Shown here: positions 1 through 18,132 of the stretch, piece after piece
How the letters are laid out: every line of letters begins with the position of its first letter
Position numbering within the stretch: position 1 is the stretch's first letter
Assembly: GCA_017499595.2 (NCBI GenBank)
Contig: CM039001.1
Location: 3,720,001-3,784,000 of the forward strand
DNA: 64,000 nt
Source of the DNA: Psilocybe cubensis
Taxonomy: Eukaryota
Direction: 5' to 3'
Notes under the pieces: generated by a model
Told to the model about the DNA's origin: nothing
Databases searched by the model: none
Seen by the model: only the letters and a program-made list of their open reading frames with translations
Position numbers and translations under genes: made by a program

Positions 1-562
1 AGATCAATATTACCTCGTGGGAGTGATAGTATGTCACATGTGTCACACTGCCCCGCGGAATCACTCAGGTCATCAGCAAAATCGTCGAAAAAGTGAAATG
101 GCAAAGCTCGCAGATTCGATTCTTTTCCTCGAACATCCACGTCCCAAACACCCCGAAATCCAAGTTCCTTCCACATAGCGCATCCGGGGCTCTTTATTGC
201 GTTTTTTCAGCGATTTTTTGCGAGATTTTCATCATCCGAACCTGTTTCCGCACGAATTCCCCAAAATCCGTGAGATATGGAGAATCTGCGCTGGCGACGA
301 AATGGGGGGGAGGAGGTAGGTTTCGGGGTGTGGAAGCGGGAGGATGGTGGGGGTGGTTCAAAATCAAACAAGGACAAACAAACACCGCCACCGAGGGAAC
401 AATGGGCTCGGGACTCTCAGCCATACCAATAATTTCCTGATACCGACGACCGTCCCAGAGCTCCGCACGGACGCCGACGACGAACAGCGATATAATTGTG
501 CTCTGAATAGCCTATACAGAGGACAGTCACTCTGACAGGGGGGTCCGCGTGCCCACCTTTTC

Positions 563-5897
<5,335 letters not shown>

Positions 5898-6400
5898 TCT
5901 CATTTCTTCGTACCTTTGCCTTTGCTTTGCGGATTCATATTTTCATGAATTCGCATCCCATATTATTCGCCTTTCCTCACTTTTTCCCATCTATTGTGTT
6001 TACCTAGTCCCAACATTATTGCGTGTACAATGACTCGAACCTCTCCAACATCTAAAACTTAATCACTTGTAAATTGTCAGCTCCTTTCTCTCTTGTTTTT
6101 GTCTTTCTCCTTTTTTCAATTCTTAAATTCTATTTTAGAATTCTTCGTGTATTTTTTTGAAGGTTGTGTAATGATCATTGCTTTGCTCTGCTCTTCCTTG
6201 CTTGTTCAATCTTTCATCGTGTAATGTTCAATGTTCAATGGTTGACTTCAAAACGTTTTTGTTTGGCAGCGTAGTTTGGGACTACGTAGGACATGATAAC
6301 TTGGTGAATCCCATCAAGACAAGGACATAAGATTGCTACGTACGACACTGGGGTTTGAGCTCCAATGTGAAATGAGAGCCTGTAGGGTAAAGAAAGTCAG

Positions 6401-7231
6401 TCAAACGTTTGTTGTGGCCTCTGGGTAGGCCGTCTGTAACATGTACACCGATTTCTTGATCTCCCAAAGGAAGGCATAGTAGACACCTGAAGAAGTTCTT
6501 AATGACTCCCTCATGCTATTTTGTTCGAGCCCTAGTTTGGCCTGGTATACGTTCTTCAAGATTTTGTGAAGCGAATTGATCAAGGATCCAAGAATTTCGT
6601 CTGCACCGAGGTCCTTGAGCTGGAAGGCATTGAATGGTCCACAAGTGCCACTAAAACCGTCTTTCAAAAGTATATGCTCCTTCAATAGGGCCGCGTCGCG
6701 CGAATAAGGATTAGCAGACAGAGAGGCTAAAAGTCGCGGAAGATCTTTGAGGGGCTTTCGGATACCAGGGCTCACGAAGGCAAACGAAAGCCAGGTAATC
6801 ACATAGTAAAAGGACTCCAGGTCGTCCAGATAGTCAGGCTCGAAGTTGAAATGCCTTTCAATGATGCTTTTCGAAACGATGTTGACTGATTGAAACATAG
6901 GGTCGGGGTCTACTCGAGACGCGTCGCCTAGAAAACCTCGTCGATTAGAACAGGGAGATGGGGCGCCAATGAATATAGTCTCCAGGTTTACGTTCCCATG
7001 GATATCTCCTGTTTCAAGAAAGTATTTCTGATGCCCTGATAGAGCCGTGAAAGGTAAAATATCTTGAAGTCAGTGACGCTTCCGACTGGAGGACACGATG
7101 ACCGATGTACCTTCTATGGCATCGTGAATTGCTAGTAGAAATTCGGTGATGGTTTTATATGACTCGATGGGACGTGGATGCCTCGAGTTTGAGGGTTCAC
7201 GACTGTTGGGAGTCTGGCTATGCAAACCCAT
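6401..7231 (-). CDS. Truncated FunK1/Pkinase_fungal-like pseudokinase, copy 1 (~251 aa, 2 exons: 7231-7111, 7035-6401)
   Basis: Spliced translation gives RPIESYKTITEFLLAIHDAIEGHQ...GDIHGNVN...RRGFLGD...MFQSVNI...DYLDDLESFYYVITW, matching FunK1 C-lobe motifs. Phase-1 GT-AG intron. TATA-like TATTATATA at about 7302. Confidence 0.8.
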
Positions 7232-7860
7232 ATTTAAACCGAAGCAAGTTGTGTAGATGATAAAAGGTTTGATCACTAGGGGATGTGAAGCCGGGTTGGC
7301 CTATTATATAGCCTTAGAGGGTCGGCACTTTTATTCTAGTGAAGGTGAGATTCAGCCGCATGTACATAAATTTTGCTTTCCAAATGAAGATAAGGGAAGT
7401 CCAGGTTTATTGAGTGCCACGTAAAAACACCCACGCATTGTCCTCGGATTAAAGACGCAGAGACAGATCTAATATCACAACACAACACAAGATCACACTA
7501 TCAACGACCCGTATAATAACCGATAAAATTCGGCGCTTTTTAGTAGTACGAGACTTTCGAAGATTTCCGCCGGCAAGATGTGCTGTTAAACCACGGTTTT
7601 CAACAGTTTGTAGTGTATGGGTCAAATTTAAAAATAAATCAACTTTCTGTCAACAGGCGCAGCGCGCCATAGGACACGCGTACTCTTAATTAGTCACGAG
7701 ATCGCGTTTTAAGCGGTAAAGTGGCATTATGGGGTAGAGAGGATACAGGATCGTACATAAATAGAGAATGGATATTCTGAGGCTAACGCTATATGACAGA
7801 CAATAAAGAAATACGCTGGGACAAACATACATGAAAATGAGACCTTGGCCTTAGACCCCA

Positions 7861-8671
7861 CTACCAGGCCCCTGAATATTCCCTTGCAACCACTTTAGTC
7901 TTCTCGATCGCTATCTTCAAGAAATGCAAGTATTTGTCGTAGAAATTCAACACAGAGTAGAATTCCAAATGGTCGAGATTTCCCTTGGACTTTTCGATAT
8001 ACTTAAGCTTTAACAAGGTGTGGAGAGATCGCAGTAAGTTGTAAAAGATTTTGACGTATTTCTTGCCGCCAACGCAAGTTTTTGTTGCCTTGAAGTATTC
8101 CGAGAAACCTGACCCTTCAAGCATAATCCGTTTTTCTAAAACGGACTGATGACTTTCAGGGAAAGCCGCCCAGGCAGCTAACTTCGGAGGATATGATGCG
8201 CGAGCTAATTGTATGCCTCCATCGGTGTAGGTCATGGCCAGCCATGCGATGAGATAGTAGAAGGACTCCAAGTCGTCAACGTAGTCCAAACGAGCGGTTG
8301 GTTTCTCCTTTAAAACCGTCTCAGAGAGTCTGTTGACTGATTGAAACAATTTCTGTTGGACATTTGATTCCATTAATATACCCATTTTATTTGAGCAGAC
8401 CGAGGACGTTCCAAGCCAAACGGTATACGAGTTGATGTTCCCATGAGGAATTCCTGTATGAATGTACTGAGAGCCATGACCTACAACAATTGTTGTCGTA
8501 TATTAAAAATTTTCATTTTTAAAGAATTGATCACATACTTTCAACGGCGTCATGGATAGCCATAAGAAATTCGGCGGGAGATTGGAATAACTCAATTGCT
8601 CTGGGAGAAGGGCGCTGATTCAGAGTCGCCAGAGTGCGACAATTTGGTACGTATCCATCTAGGTGTGCCAT
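7861..8671 (-). CDS. Truncated FunK1-like pseudokinase, copy 2 (~250 aa, exons 8671-8539, 8480-7861)
   Basis: RAIELFQSPAEFLMAIHDAVESH...GIPHGNIN...LFQSVN...DYVDDLESFYYLIAW. Same intron position as copies 1 and 3. Confidence 0.8.
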
Positions 8672-10291
8672 TGGTAAATGGTAGTGGTATGAGGTAAAAG
8701 TTAGAAAAGCGAGAAGCATACGGTGGCCTTTATATTTCCTGGACACCGGAAGCTGCCAGAATCAGCTTCGAAAGAGATACCAAAAATTGCCAGAGTGACC
8801 CAGGTCATTGGCCATGACTGGGCCATAGAATTCAACAGGTACACGTTACCTGTAAGGAAGTGGAACAGTATGGAATTTTCCTTTGAGCCGTTTGTAAACC
8901 AAACATCTGCACAATGCCACAAAACCTATATGTCCAATGGATACCTTTAAACATAGAACAAAGAAAATCCTTTTTTCTCTTCGCAACAAACAATTTGCAG
9001 CCTAATGAATATAATATCAATGCAGTCGCGTATCTAGGAAAACACAGACCTTTTCCATCACAGGAATGAACGCAATGCACTACTTATAAGACCATGAAAT
9101 AACAGATACTATCTAAACTCAAGATACATTCCCACGGAAGAATTAAGGGATCCGAAAACATTGACAAAGGGCAGTCGAACTGGAGCGAACCGTCCATAGT
9201 GGCTCAAATGGGGTTACTCAAGTTGTCGTAACTCATTGGCCGAATAGACGCCGAAGCTGTCACTTAACACAACTTTCGCACGACTGGTTCACGAACTATT
9301 GGCATGATGACTGAGTGCAAGAAACTTAACTGACGGTTCCGGTGAGCATAATGAGTGCGCAATGTCCATGCTATCCATATGTGGCTATGCCCACTAAGAC
9401 CTATACATGGGGATTGCCAAACGGCAGGAAATCCTATTGCTAATCTTTGGTGGTGTTGGGCATGCATCACATGAAATCATGGGATGAAAAAAATGCGAAC
9501 TAAGAAGGCCATATCCCAAGCCAAGCGGAGTAGCCCATCACCGACTCTTGTAATGATTACTCAATCACCAGGACTACTATTTACCTCCACTTTTGGAAGG
9601 TGCCTTAAAATGCCATTGTCTTCCTCCGTCACGAGAACATGGATGGCCCCGCCTCTGTTTCCTGTGTTACGGGAGAACTTCGTACAGCACATGCTACACT
9701 TTGATAAGGTTCCTCGCTCACAGCCACAAATTAAACTTTAACGACCATGGAGCGAAGGTGGAGCTCGGGCACTTGTGGCCTTTGTGGTTGGCTATTCAAA
9801 CGGAAAACTTGTTTAAACGCGCGCCGTTCTGTGCCACAGAGAATGTTGGTGAAGGGCCCGTATTGGACGCGCAAAACTGTGTTCGTGAGCCCTGCCCGCC
9901 CGTGGCACTGTTCAATAGGCGCCCCGACGCCGCAGCTGTGACATTGACGGTGATTTCCGTGGATTGCCGACGCCTGCCGACGTCCCATTCGGGAAGATGC
10001 CACAAGCGCGGTAAGATTTAGGGGTGGCGAAGAGAGAATGTCTGAAAAACTAACGCAGACAACTGTGTGCTTCTTTAAACCTCTTCCAGATCTTATTTTC
10101 TCACATGGCTACCATGGCATATTATATAACACCTTTATAACGATGCAATGCTACAGAACAGGCGGTAAACAAACAAAACACAGTACATAGACTACATGAC
10201 GATAACTTTTGTATGAGAAAGCAGGAAAATCAAAACAGATAGTGAAAGGACTGAAAAGATAGCATAATAGCAAATCGGCGCGCAATTGACT

Positions 10292-11175
10292 TCAAGTCTC
10301 AGTGAACAACTTATCCCACCACATTTCTCCTCCTTCCCCATCCTCCCCGTGAGCTTCCATCCCGGGCGCAGGTTCAACGCTGGTCGACATTGCATATGCT
10401 GCGCGCCTCAAGTAATCCAAAATTGTTGCGTAGACCTTCTTAGGAGACGCTAACTTCCCCGTGTACGTCTGAGTGCGTACATCCCAGTTCGCCCACTTTT
10501 CGGCATACAGATGCCTCAAAACAAGATGAATAAGGCCCAGCAGGGCCTCAAAAATCACACAGGCGGGGAGGCCCGGCACATCAAATAACGCAGTTCCAGG
10601 GACACGACAGTCAAAACCGTCGCTGCGCAGGAGCGTCTCCTTGTTCAAGGCAGCTTCCCTGGTGTCCGGTTCGGCGGCCCAGCAGGCGAGGACTCGCGGG
10701 AAGCGTTTTGTGGGGATAATTTTCCCGGGAGCTTTGTAGGCCATGGAAACCCAAGCGATGATGTAGTAGAAGGACTCGAGGTCATCGATGTAGTCTTGTG
10801 GAAGACTTTTGCGTGTGGGGATCGTGTTTTGAGAGAGGATGTTTGCTGATTGGAAGAGGGGGTTGAATACGGGGCTGTCAATGAGAAAACCCTTTCTGGT
10901 CGGGTCGCCGGATGGTGCGCCAATGCAGACCGTGTGGGTAGTGATGTTTCCGTGAATGTTTCCGGTCGACATGAAGTGGATTCCATGAGCTATGAGAGGA
11001 CGTCGCGTCAATATCACTAAATTATTAAATAGTAGTGGCATGGAAGGGTACCTTCAACCGCGTCGTGTATGCCATTCAAGAATTCTAAAGGGTTTCTGAA
11101 TTCATCGATCCTACGAGGTCTAGGAATGCATACTACAGAGCGTGTAGTGGAGAGATATCCACGAAGACGAGACAT
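10292..11175 (-). CDS. Truncated FunK1-like pseudokinase, copy 3 (~273 aa, exons 11175-11052, 10989-10292)
   Basis: RRIDEFRNPLEFLNGIHDAVEAH...GNIHGNIT...RKGFLID...LFQSANI...DYIDDLESFYYIIAW. Same intron position. Confidence 0.8.
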
Positions 11176-12119
11176 AACTGTAGTGATGCGAAAATGAAGT
11201 AGAAGAGATAGTGGTTGTTGTTGTAGAGGTCGTGGTGGGGTCTTGGTGTTAACGCATCGAGTTTATATGCCCACGAATGTGATGGGTCGTAGAAAGAAAA
11301 TACTACCGTGTTAGGTAGTACACTGTAGAGCATTTTGGGAAGTAAATCCGTGGTCCAAACGCAGCTCCCGAATTTCATCCCGGCATTCTGCGTACGATCT
11401 TCTGCACGCGGAAGGACTCAGCACGAAGTTTGATACCCAGATGAAACGCGATCCTGAGAATATGGAGGTCTACACAGTGCAACCTTTGAACCTTGACTAT
11501 GGTAGTCATTCCCAAAGGTGCTAGAGCCTTTTGGTGCCCTCCTCTTTCGCTGGGGTTTGGTTAACATGTGTCACGCATTTCTTTGCATGTGAAGGTACAC
11601 AAAGACATAATTTATTTATGTCCATTGATCGCCCAAAATAATGTATGACGCTGCAACGCACAAAGAAGATGCGGAAGAAAAGGTACACCAGCAGGGCAAC
11701 TTTTGGGGCGAATGTCATGTCTGACAAGTACCTTGTGCAACGCAGAAGGATATGAAGCCTACTCGCTTTCAACTGAGTAATTTATGAGTGCGTCATTCCA
11801 GAGCTTCTACCTGCGGCGGAATAGCGCATTATTTAAAGTAAAGACTCGCTCTTAGAGACGAGGTGAGCTGCCGATAACACGGTGATAATATATGGAGGCA
11901 TCATAATATACCAAAGTTACCGTTTTGCCAAAAGAATTTCATCATAATGTAGTAGAATACGAATTTGAGCTGTAAACACATTACTGGTATAATCATTATA
12001 TCAAATATACCGGATTACATTGAGTATATTCTAATGCAAGCATTCCACCGAATCCCTGATGACAGTACTACAGCAACTCGACTCTTCGCGTGCTTTCTGG
12101 CATACCGAAAAATGCTTTA

Positions 12120-12240
12120 GAATCTTTGAGGTGCTCTGGAGACCTTTCAAGGTCTCTAGGAGTCTTTGAAGTTACCTGGAGTCTTTGGACGCTCTGTGAG
12201 TCTTTGAAGTACTCTGTGGGTCTTTGTAAAGTTCTCGGAG
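12120..12240 (+). repeat. Degenerate tandem repeat, about 6 copies of a 19-21 nt unit (consensus GAGTCTTTGAAGTNCTCTG)
   Basis: Units read directly: gaatctttgaggtgctctg, gagacctttcaaggtctctag, gagtctttgaagttacctg, gagtctttggacgctctgt, gagtctttgaagtactctgt, gggtctttgtaaagttctcg. Confidence 0.75.
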
Positions 12241-12358
12241 CGACTAAAACGGCCTAAAGCGGCCTGCCGGAACCGGAGCGGACCTGGAGGCTTCGGGCAG
12301 CTTTGGCACCGACCTGTGTAGTTCCCACGGCATAAAGTTCTTTAAACCAACTTGAACG

Positions 12359-15300
12359 ATGGCAACGATTTCGGCCGCTAAAGACGACGTGGACGGCGAT
12401 TCATACATGGACGATTCAGAGAGAACGCAACCTACTGCAGAGATATTGAAAGAGCTCGCAGATATCAAGAAATTGGATGAGCAACAGTCTGAACAGTCCC
12501 AATTGCCACCTCCGAGTGAATATGAAGTTTTGACTGTACAACTCAGCGAGAACCCCCACGACCCCGATGGATGGAGAAGGCTAATCAAGCTAGCAGAACA
12601 GTCCAATGACCTGGAAAAGATCAGCAAATCGTATGATGCCCTCCTCAAGCACTATCCAAATAACGTATGTTCTTGCCGTTCGGTCGTGCCGGGTTCTCTT
12701 TCCTTGACCAACACTGCACATGCTCAGGCTCCAGCGCAAATTGCATACATAAAGCACTATGTCAATCATAACATGTCGGAGAGTGCAGAAGACTTATTCA
12801 AAAAGTTTCTTATTCGGTCACCGTGTGTTGAACTCTGGGTGTACTACTTAGATTATGTGCGGTAAGTCAACCGGGAAGTCTGTTAGGTTTTGAGTTGTTC
12901 TTACGCGGAAGATGCGTGTTCCTCCAGGAAACTAAATACAGGGCCGGCCCAACGTGATACCGTCCGGATGTCTTTTGAGTTTGCTCTGAACCATGTCGGT
13001 CAGGATAAGGACAGTGGTGTAATATGGAGCGAGTATATCAAGTTTCTCCAGTCCGGAGAGGTGCGTCATATTCCAGCTTTATTCACCGATATTTTTTCAA
13101 CTTCTTGTTCAGGCTACAACAACATGGGATCAACAACAGAAGATGGACTCCCTACGGAAAGTATACCACCGGGCTGTTCAAATACCCCTTGACAATGTCG
13201 AAAGCCTATGGCATGATCTTGAGACATTCGAGAACGGCTTGAACAAGATCACGGCCAAAAAGTTCATGGCTGACCTCTCACCAGCGCATATGCAAGCGCG
13301 GACAGTCCTGCGGCAACTTATCAACCACATTGGACCCCTGTTCGCGAACGAGAAGGATACACTGTTTCTCCCATCGCTCCCGAAATTTGATGCGTCGGAA
13401 CGCGCACTCGTTGGAAAATGGAAAGCATATCTCAAATGGGAAGAGAGCAATCCTTTAGAGCTCGATGAGAAGGATAAAGCGACACTGATATCACGCATTC
13501 AGGGTGTTTATCGAAAAGCGGTGATCCGCATGCGGTATTACACCGAAATATGGTCAGGACAACATACCGCAGTTTCATGAATATTCTAATGTTTCTCCAG
13601 GTTCATGGCCTATACATGGACAAATAGCATAGGGAAGAACGACGAAGCTCTTTCTATTTTGAAAGCTGGCCTGGATGCCAATCCGTCCAGGTATTTCTAT
13701 CCATGAACCGCTCCTATAACTGTTTATCAACATACTCTCTTTCTATAGTTTCCTTCTCAACTTTGCCTACGCAGAAGCTCTAGAGATCAAGAAAGACCTT
13801 GCAGGGGTACACGCCACGTACGAGAAGTTCCTCGGTATCCTTCGCACCAACCTCGACAGGCTAGAGGAAACGTCAAAAGCTGATGCAGCTGCAAACGGTT
13901 CTCAGAGCAATGGCACAAATGCACCACCACCGACAGCGCCAGCCATAATTCCCGAGCCACCATCAAACGTCTCGTCGTTCAGTTCGCAAGGGTCGCAGGA
14001 CGACAAACCGCCAAAAACGACAGAATTGCAAAAGCACCGCACTGAATATGGGTTGGCGTGGATCATGTATATGCGGTTCGGAATGAGAGCGGAAGGTGTC
14101 AAGGGCTCTCGAACAATCTTTGGAAAGGCGAGGCGTGATCGTTGGTCACCTTGGGAGATCTACGAGGCTGCAGGTACGTGGTGTTCTCTTGTCATTGCAA
14201 CTAATGAATGTAGTGTTGATGGTATCATACATTCTCTTTCTTTAGCATTGACTGAATATCACTGCTCCGATGACAAAGGAGTGGCAAGCCGAATCTTTGA
14301 AAAGGGGATGGAATCCTTTGGCGATGAGATTGATTTTGTGCTCCGATACCTAGGCTTCCTAATTTCTATTAATGATAAGAATAGTGAGTCGTTATTGCAG
14401 TTGCGTGTACAGCCAAATTTGATATTCTTTCCAGATGCACGTGCCCTCTTTGAACGTGTTATTACCACCTTTCCACCAGACCGTGCCCGCCCCCTATGGG
14501 AACGATGGGCTCGGTACGAATATCAATACGGGGATCTGGAGGCAGCTCTAAAGTTGGAAAAGAGGATGGCAGAAGTGTATACGTCTGGTACGTGTGGTTG
14601 CTACAGTTCCCTAATCTTCTCATTCTTAATCTATCTGCCTTGCTATCAGACCCTCCAATCAAACGGTTAGCTCAACGCCACATATACCTGGGGACCGACG
14701 CGATTGCCGACCGAGATCTTGGATTTGCTCTCGCCCGCCGTGCAACGACGTCTGTTGCCTCCAGCTCTCTCAACCGAGTGGAAGCTTCTCAATCCTTGAT
14801 TTCATTGCCCACCAACTCTCAGAGCAACTCCCAAACCTACGGTAATAAACGGCCGTCGTCGCCTGATTACCGCAACAAGCGCGACGAAACCCGTCCGAAC
14901 GACTACAGCTCGACACATAAGCGCGCGCGGCCGTCGTCGCCTCCACCCAGAGCTCAACAAGATCGGGAACGAGATCGGGACCGTGATGGGCGGTGGGACG
15001 GTAGTGGTCCTCCGAGAAGGAGGTTCTCGCCACCTCCACCGCCTCCGAATCGTGATAGAGACGACCGTCCACCCCCACCGCGACGCGAGCCACTTCCGCC
15101 ACCGCGCGATCGGGATGATGATAAACGTCAATCCACTTTGCCTGCAATTCTGCCGTGGTTTATTGGCGAATTGCCGACGGCGTCTTCGTTTGATGGTACG
15201 TCTAAATTTTGAGATCGTGTACTTTTTCGACGGCTCTCTCAATGTTGACGTGTGTGTTTTGCAGGACCTGTATTTAGAACTGACGACTTGATGAACCTTC

Positions 15301-15506
15301 TCCGGACTGCTGTCATACCCAGCGCGACTTCGCGGCCTAAATCTCCCCACGGACATCCACCTCTACGCGGCGGTAAGAAACTGTTTGACTGTGGCTTCCA
15401 GAAGTGAAAACTGATACCTTAAATTGTAGGTGGAGGGCGCCCTCCTCCGGATTATGGTCCTTATCAAGGCCCAAATAGTGGGGGCGGTGGACGACGTCGA
15501 TACTAG
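12359..15506 (+). CDS. RNA14: mRNA 3'-end processing factor Rna14/CstF-77 (HAT/Suf repeats), multi-exon
   Basis: HAT repeats: VELWVYYLDYVR, FEFALNHVGQDKDSGVIWSEYIKFL, LRKVYHRAVQIPLDNVESLW, WKAYLKWEESNPL, AWIMYMRF...EG...R.IFGKAR, ARALFERVI, LWERWARYEYQYGDL. R/D/P-rich C-terminus. Confidence 0.95.
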
Positions 15507-16270
15507 TCTTTACTTGGGTTGCATGTGGCCTCTGTGAAGGATTAAAGAAGATGTTGTTCAAGGATTTAGTGCATGGGCTACGGTGCTCACGAGCTGAATC
15601 GTGTTTGCCCATGTCAGGGTTGTCCGGCCTGCACAGCTCCCCATGCTGGAGAGGGAGCGAGGCCAGGCCTGCCGCCAACATGTTGCATCGCTTCGTTTAC
15701 TTTCTGTGTCGGCGATGCGTACAAGTGCGCGACATTTCGATCTTGCTTTTTCACTTTGTTTGTGTGCTATCCTATGCTGTCTACTTCTTAGCGTGTATAT
15801 AATTACCTCTACATATATACGTACACTCCGTGGTAATTATATACATACCTTGCTATACCCCTTCAGCGTGTTTGTGAATTCTCATTGAGTCTCTCCCTGA
15901 AAGTGCATGCAGTCTTGGCGGGTCCTTGGAAAGGGCTGGATGGCGGGCCGGGAGCCGGGTGGGATGGACACTGTTGTGACATGCTTGGCAAAAGCGAGGT
16001 CCACAAAAGAGGCGGACCCCCGGGTCTCACCGACGGTCTCTTGCCTTATCACTTCGTCGTCGTCCGTGTACCCCAGGTACATCGCCCAAGATCAGAGACC
16101 AGTCTACAGTGCCAGTACGCCTCCAACGCCCCTAACCACCTCTAATGGTGTCTACTTTGGAGAAACTAATGCATCCTCATCTAGATTCTCGGCTGTTTGC
16201 TGTTCGTTTTTTTTGTGACAGCGCGTTTTTGGACCGCTTATGAACACTGTAGCAGCCTGACAAACAGCAT

Positions 16271-18132
16271 ATGGAGAGCTACATGAGTTCATTGACTCCG
16301 TCAACGAACATGACCATACCTGCTACCAGAAGTACACATCAGAACACACAACAGCAGCATCTCTCCTCATCGCAAGAGGTGCGTGAGAGAATAACTGACG
16401 AACGACAGCTGGCACGATGCTTACAGTCCGTCGTGCACATTTTGCATTTTTTCCCTTGTAGGACATCCAAATGCAAAGACAATTGGACGAGTTCAACAGG
16501 TCTGTGACTATAATCATATGGTACAAGGTATGTAAGACGCCGCCATCTCGAATACCCGAAAGGATCCCGATCTATACACGTTATTTTGAGAGAATTGACC
16601 CTAGCTTTTTCCATTTTATTTTTGATCATCTTGTAGAAAGTGTGAATGCCGATCAGCTAACCCCATGCTTTTTCTCTCTTTCCCTTTATCCATTAGGCCA
16701 ACATAGAACCGATTAGATTGCAACAAATGGTGCCTACGTTTCCGTGTTTCCAGCTGGCACAGTTCAGCAACCTCGTCACTGACCTGGGCCTCACATCTGG
16801 GTCTTACCTAGATACATATGTCCCAACGTCTAACCAATGGGAACAGCACACCATCACATCTGTTCGGATAGTGGCTACGCAGCAGAGACTGCTATACAAA
16901 CTTAGACGATCTCTCATTGATGGACTTTCAGAGGAGGAATGTTTAAGTCTCCGCGAGGAAGTCCAGTCCCAGATTCGAAACCGCAGGGAGTCACAGCCTC
17001 CCTCGCTGCCTAGTCCTCCCAACAAAACGCCAATGTTGCCGCCTACGCCGAAGGCGAGCACAGACAGTATTCAACATAAAAATTCTCTCAAAAGGCCGGC
17101 CGCGTCTCAGGAAGATTCACAAGACGCGCGCGAAAGCCCAAAAATCCACGTTACTAATGGCTACTATATGACCCACAACAGCGGATCGAGTGCTTTAGTG
17201 TCTAGCCCCGTAGCCGGGCCATCAACTTCCACCGCGTCAACCTCTGCGGTCTCGAATTCGCAACCGACTACCCAATCACAGGACAGCAATGTCTATGGCA
17301 TGTATCAGAGCCCGGTCTACTACGACTCTAGTCACAACAACGAACCGGACAACAGCAGCAGCGCCAACAGTACCACCAACAACACGAACACCGAAAACCA
17401 TAGCACATCAGATTCGAACAGCACGCACACACACACCCTACCGCACTACCTCCTCGCACCGCATGTTCCTGCGGCGCCTATTCCATACCACCCGCACCCA
17501 CCACTTAAGCGCTGGCCGAATGACTATACTGTCTCCGAGCTCTCGGCAGGGTTCCACTCGATGGACATGCTAATCGCGCAGTCTCCGACAGGTGCGAACA
17601 TGACCCAACGCACGGCCTTTGAGCGCGTGTTCGGCAGCAGGTACGTTAAAAGCACGGTTTGTCGGCACCGTGCGGTATGGCGGAAAGCGCCGCGGCTTCT
17701 GCGTGAGCAGTTTGAGCACATGGGGTCGGATGACAGAGCGTGCTGGGGCGAATTTGTTCGTAGAGTCGAGAACAGACCGCCTGGGAAGCATTCGCCAATG
17801 GATATGATGGGATCTCCGCAAAATGAAGATATGAATTACCATGATCAGCAGGGCACGCCTGAAGAAGAAGAAGTGCATGGCCAGGAGTCTGTCCTGGGAA
17901 CTATGCAAAACCAAGGTCGGTGTACTTGTCTGTTGCTCCTTTGGGATATGCCGTTAGTAATATTGACGTTCCAATCATGCTCTTAGTTGCTGCTGCTGCC
18001 AATAGTAATGCAATGCAGAGTAGTAAGCCAGAACTACTGGTATTCATGTGCACCTGCTGATCCGTTTTCCGACCAGACATGACTGTGTATGATTCCAGGG
18101 CCCATATTACAAGTAGCGGGCATAACGGATGA
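16271..18132 (+). CDS. Hypothetical protein (Agaricomycete-type), multi-exon, with low-complexity S/T/N linker and globular C-terminal domain
   Basis: 422-aa ORF 16718-17986 joined in phase to upstream exons (…SSQE|DIQMQRQLDEFNRSVTIIIWYK|ANIEPIRLQQ…) by GT-AG introns. C-terminal KRWPNDY...AFERVFG...KSTVCRHRAVW. The last exon assignment is uncertain. Confidence 0.7.

Noticed and set aside
93-535. Small ORFs and G-rich tract upstream of YTA7
   Set aside because: More simply a 5' UTR intron (gtgaga at about 270 to cccag at about 458) or promoter sequence. No domain evidence.
12120-12240. Repeat array as a CRISPR array
   Set aside because: Eukaryotic context, degenerate contiguous units with no spacers, and no cas genes.
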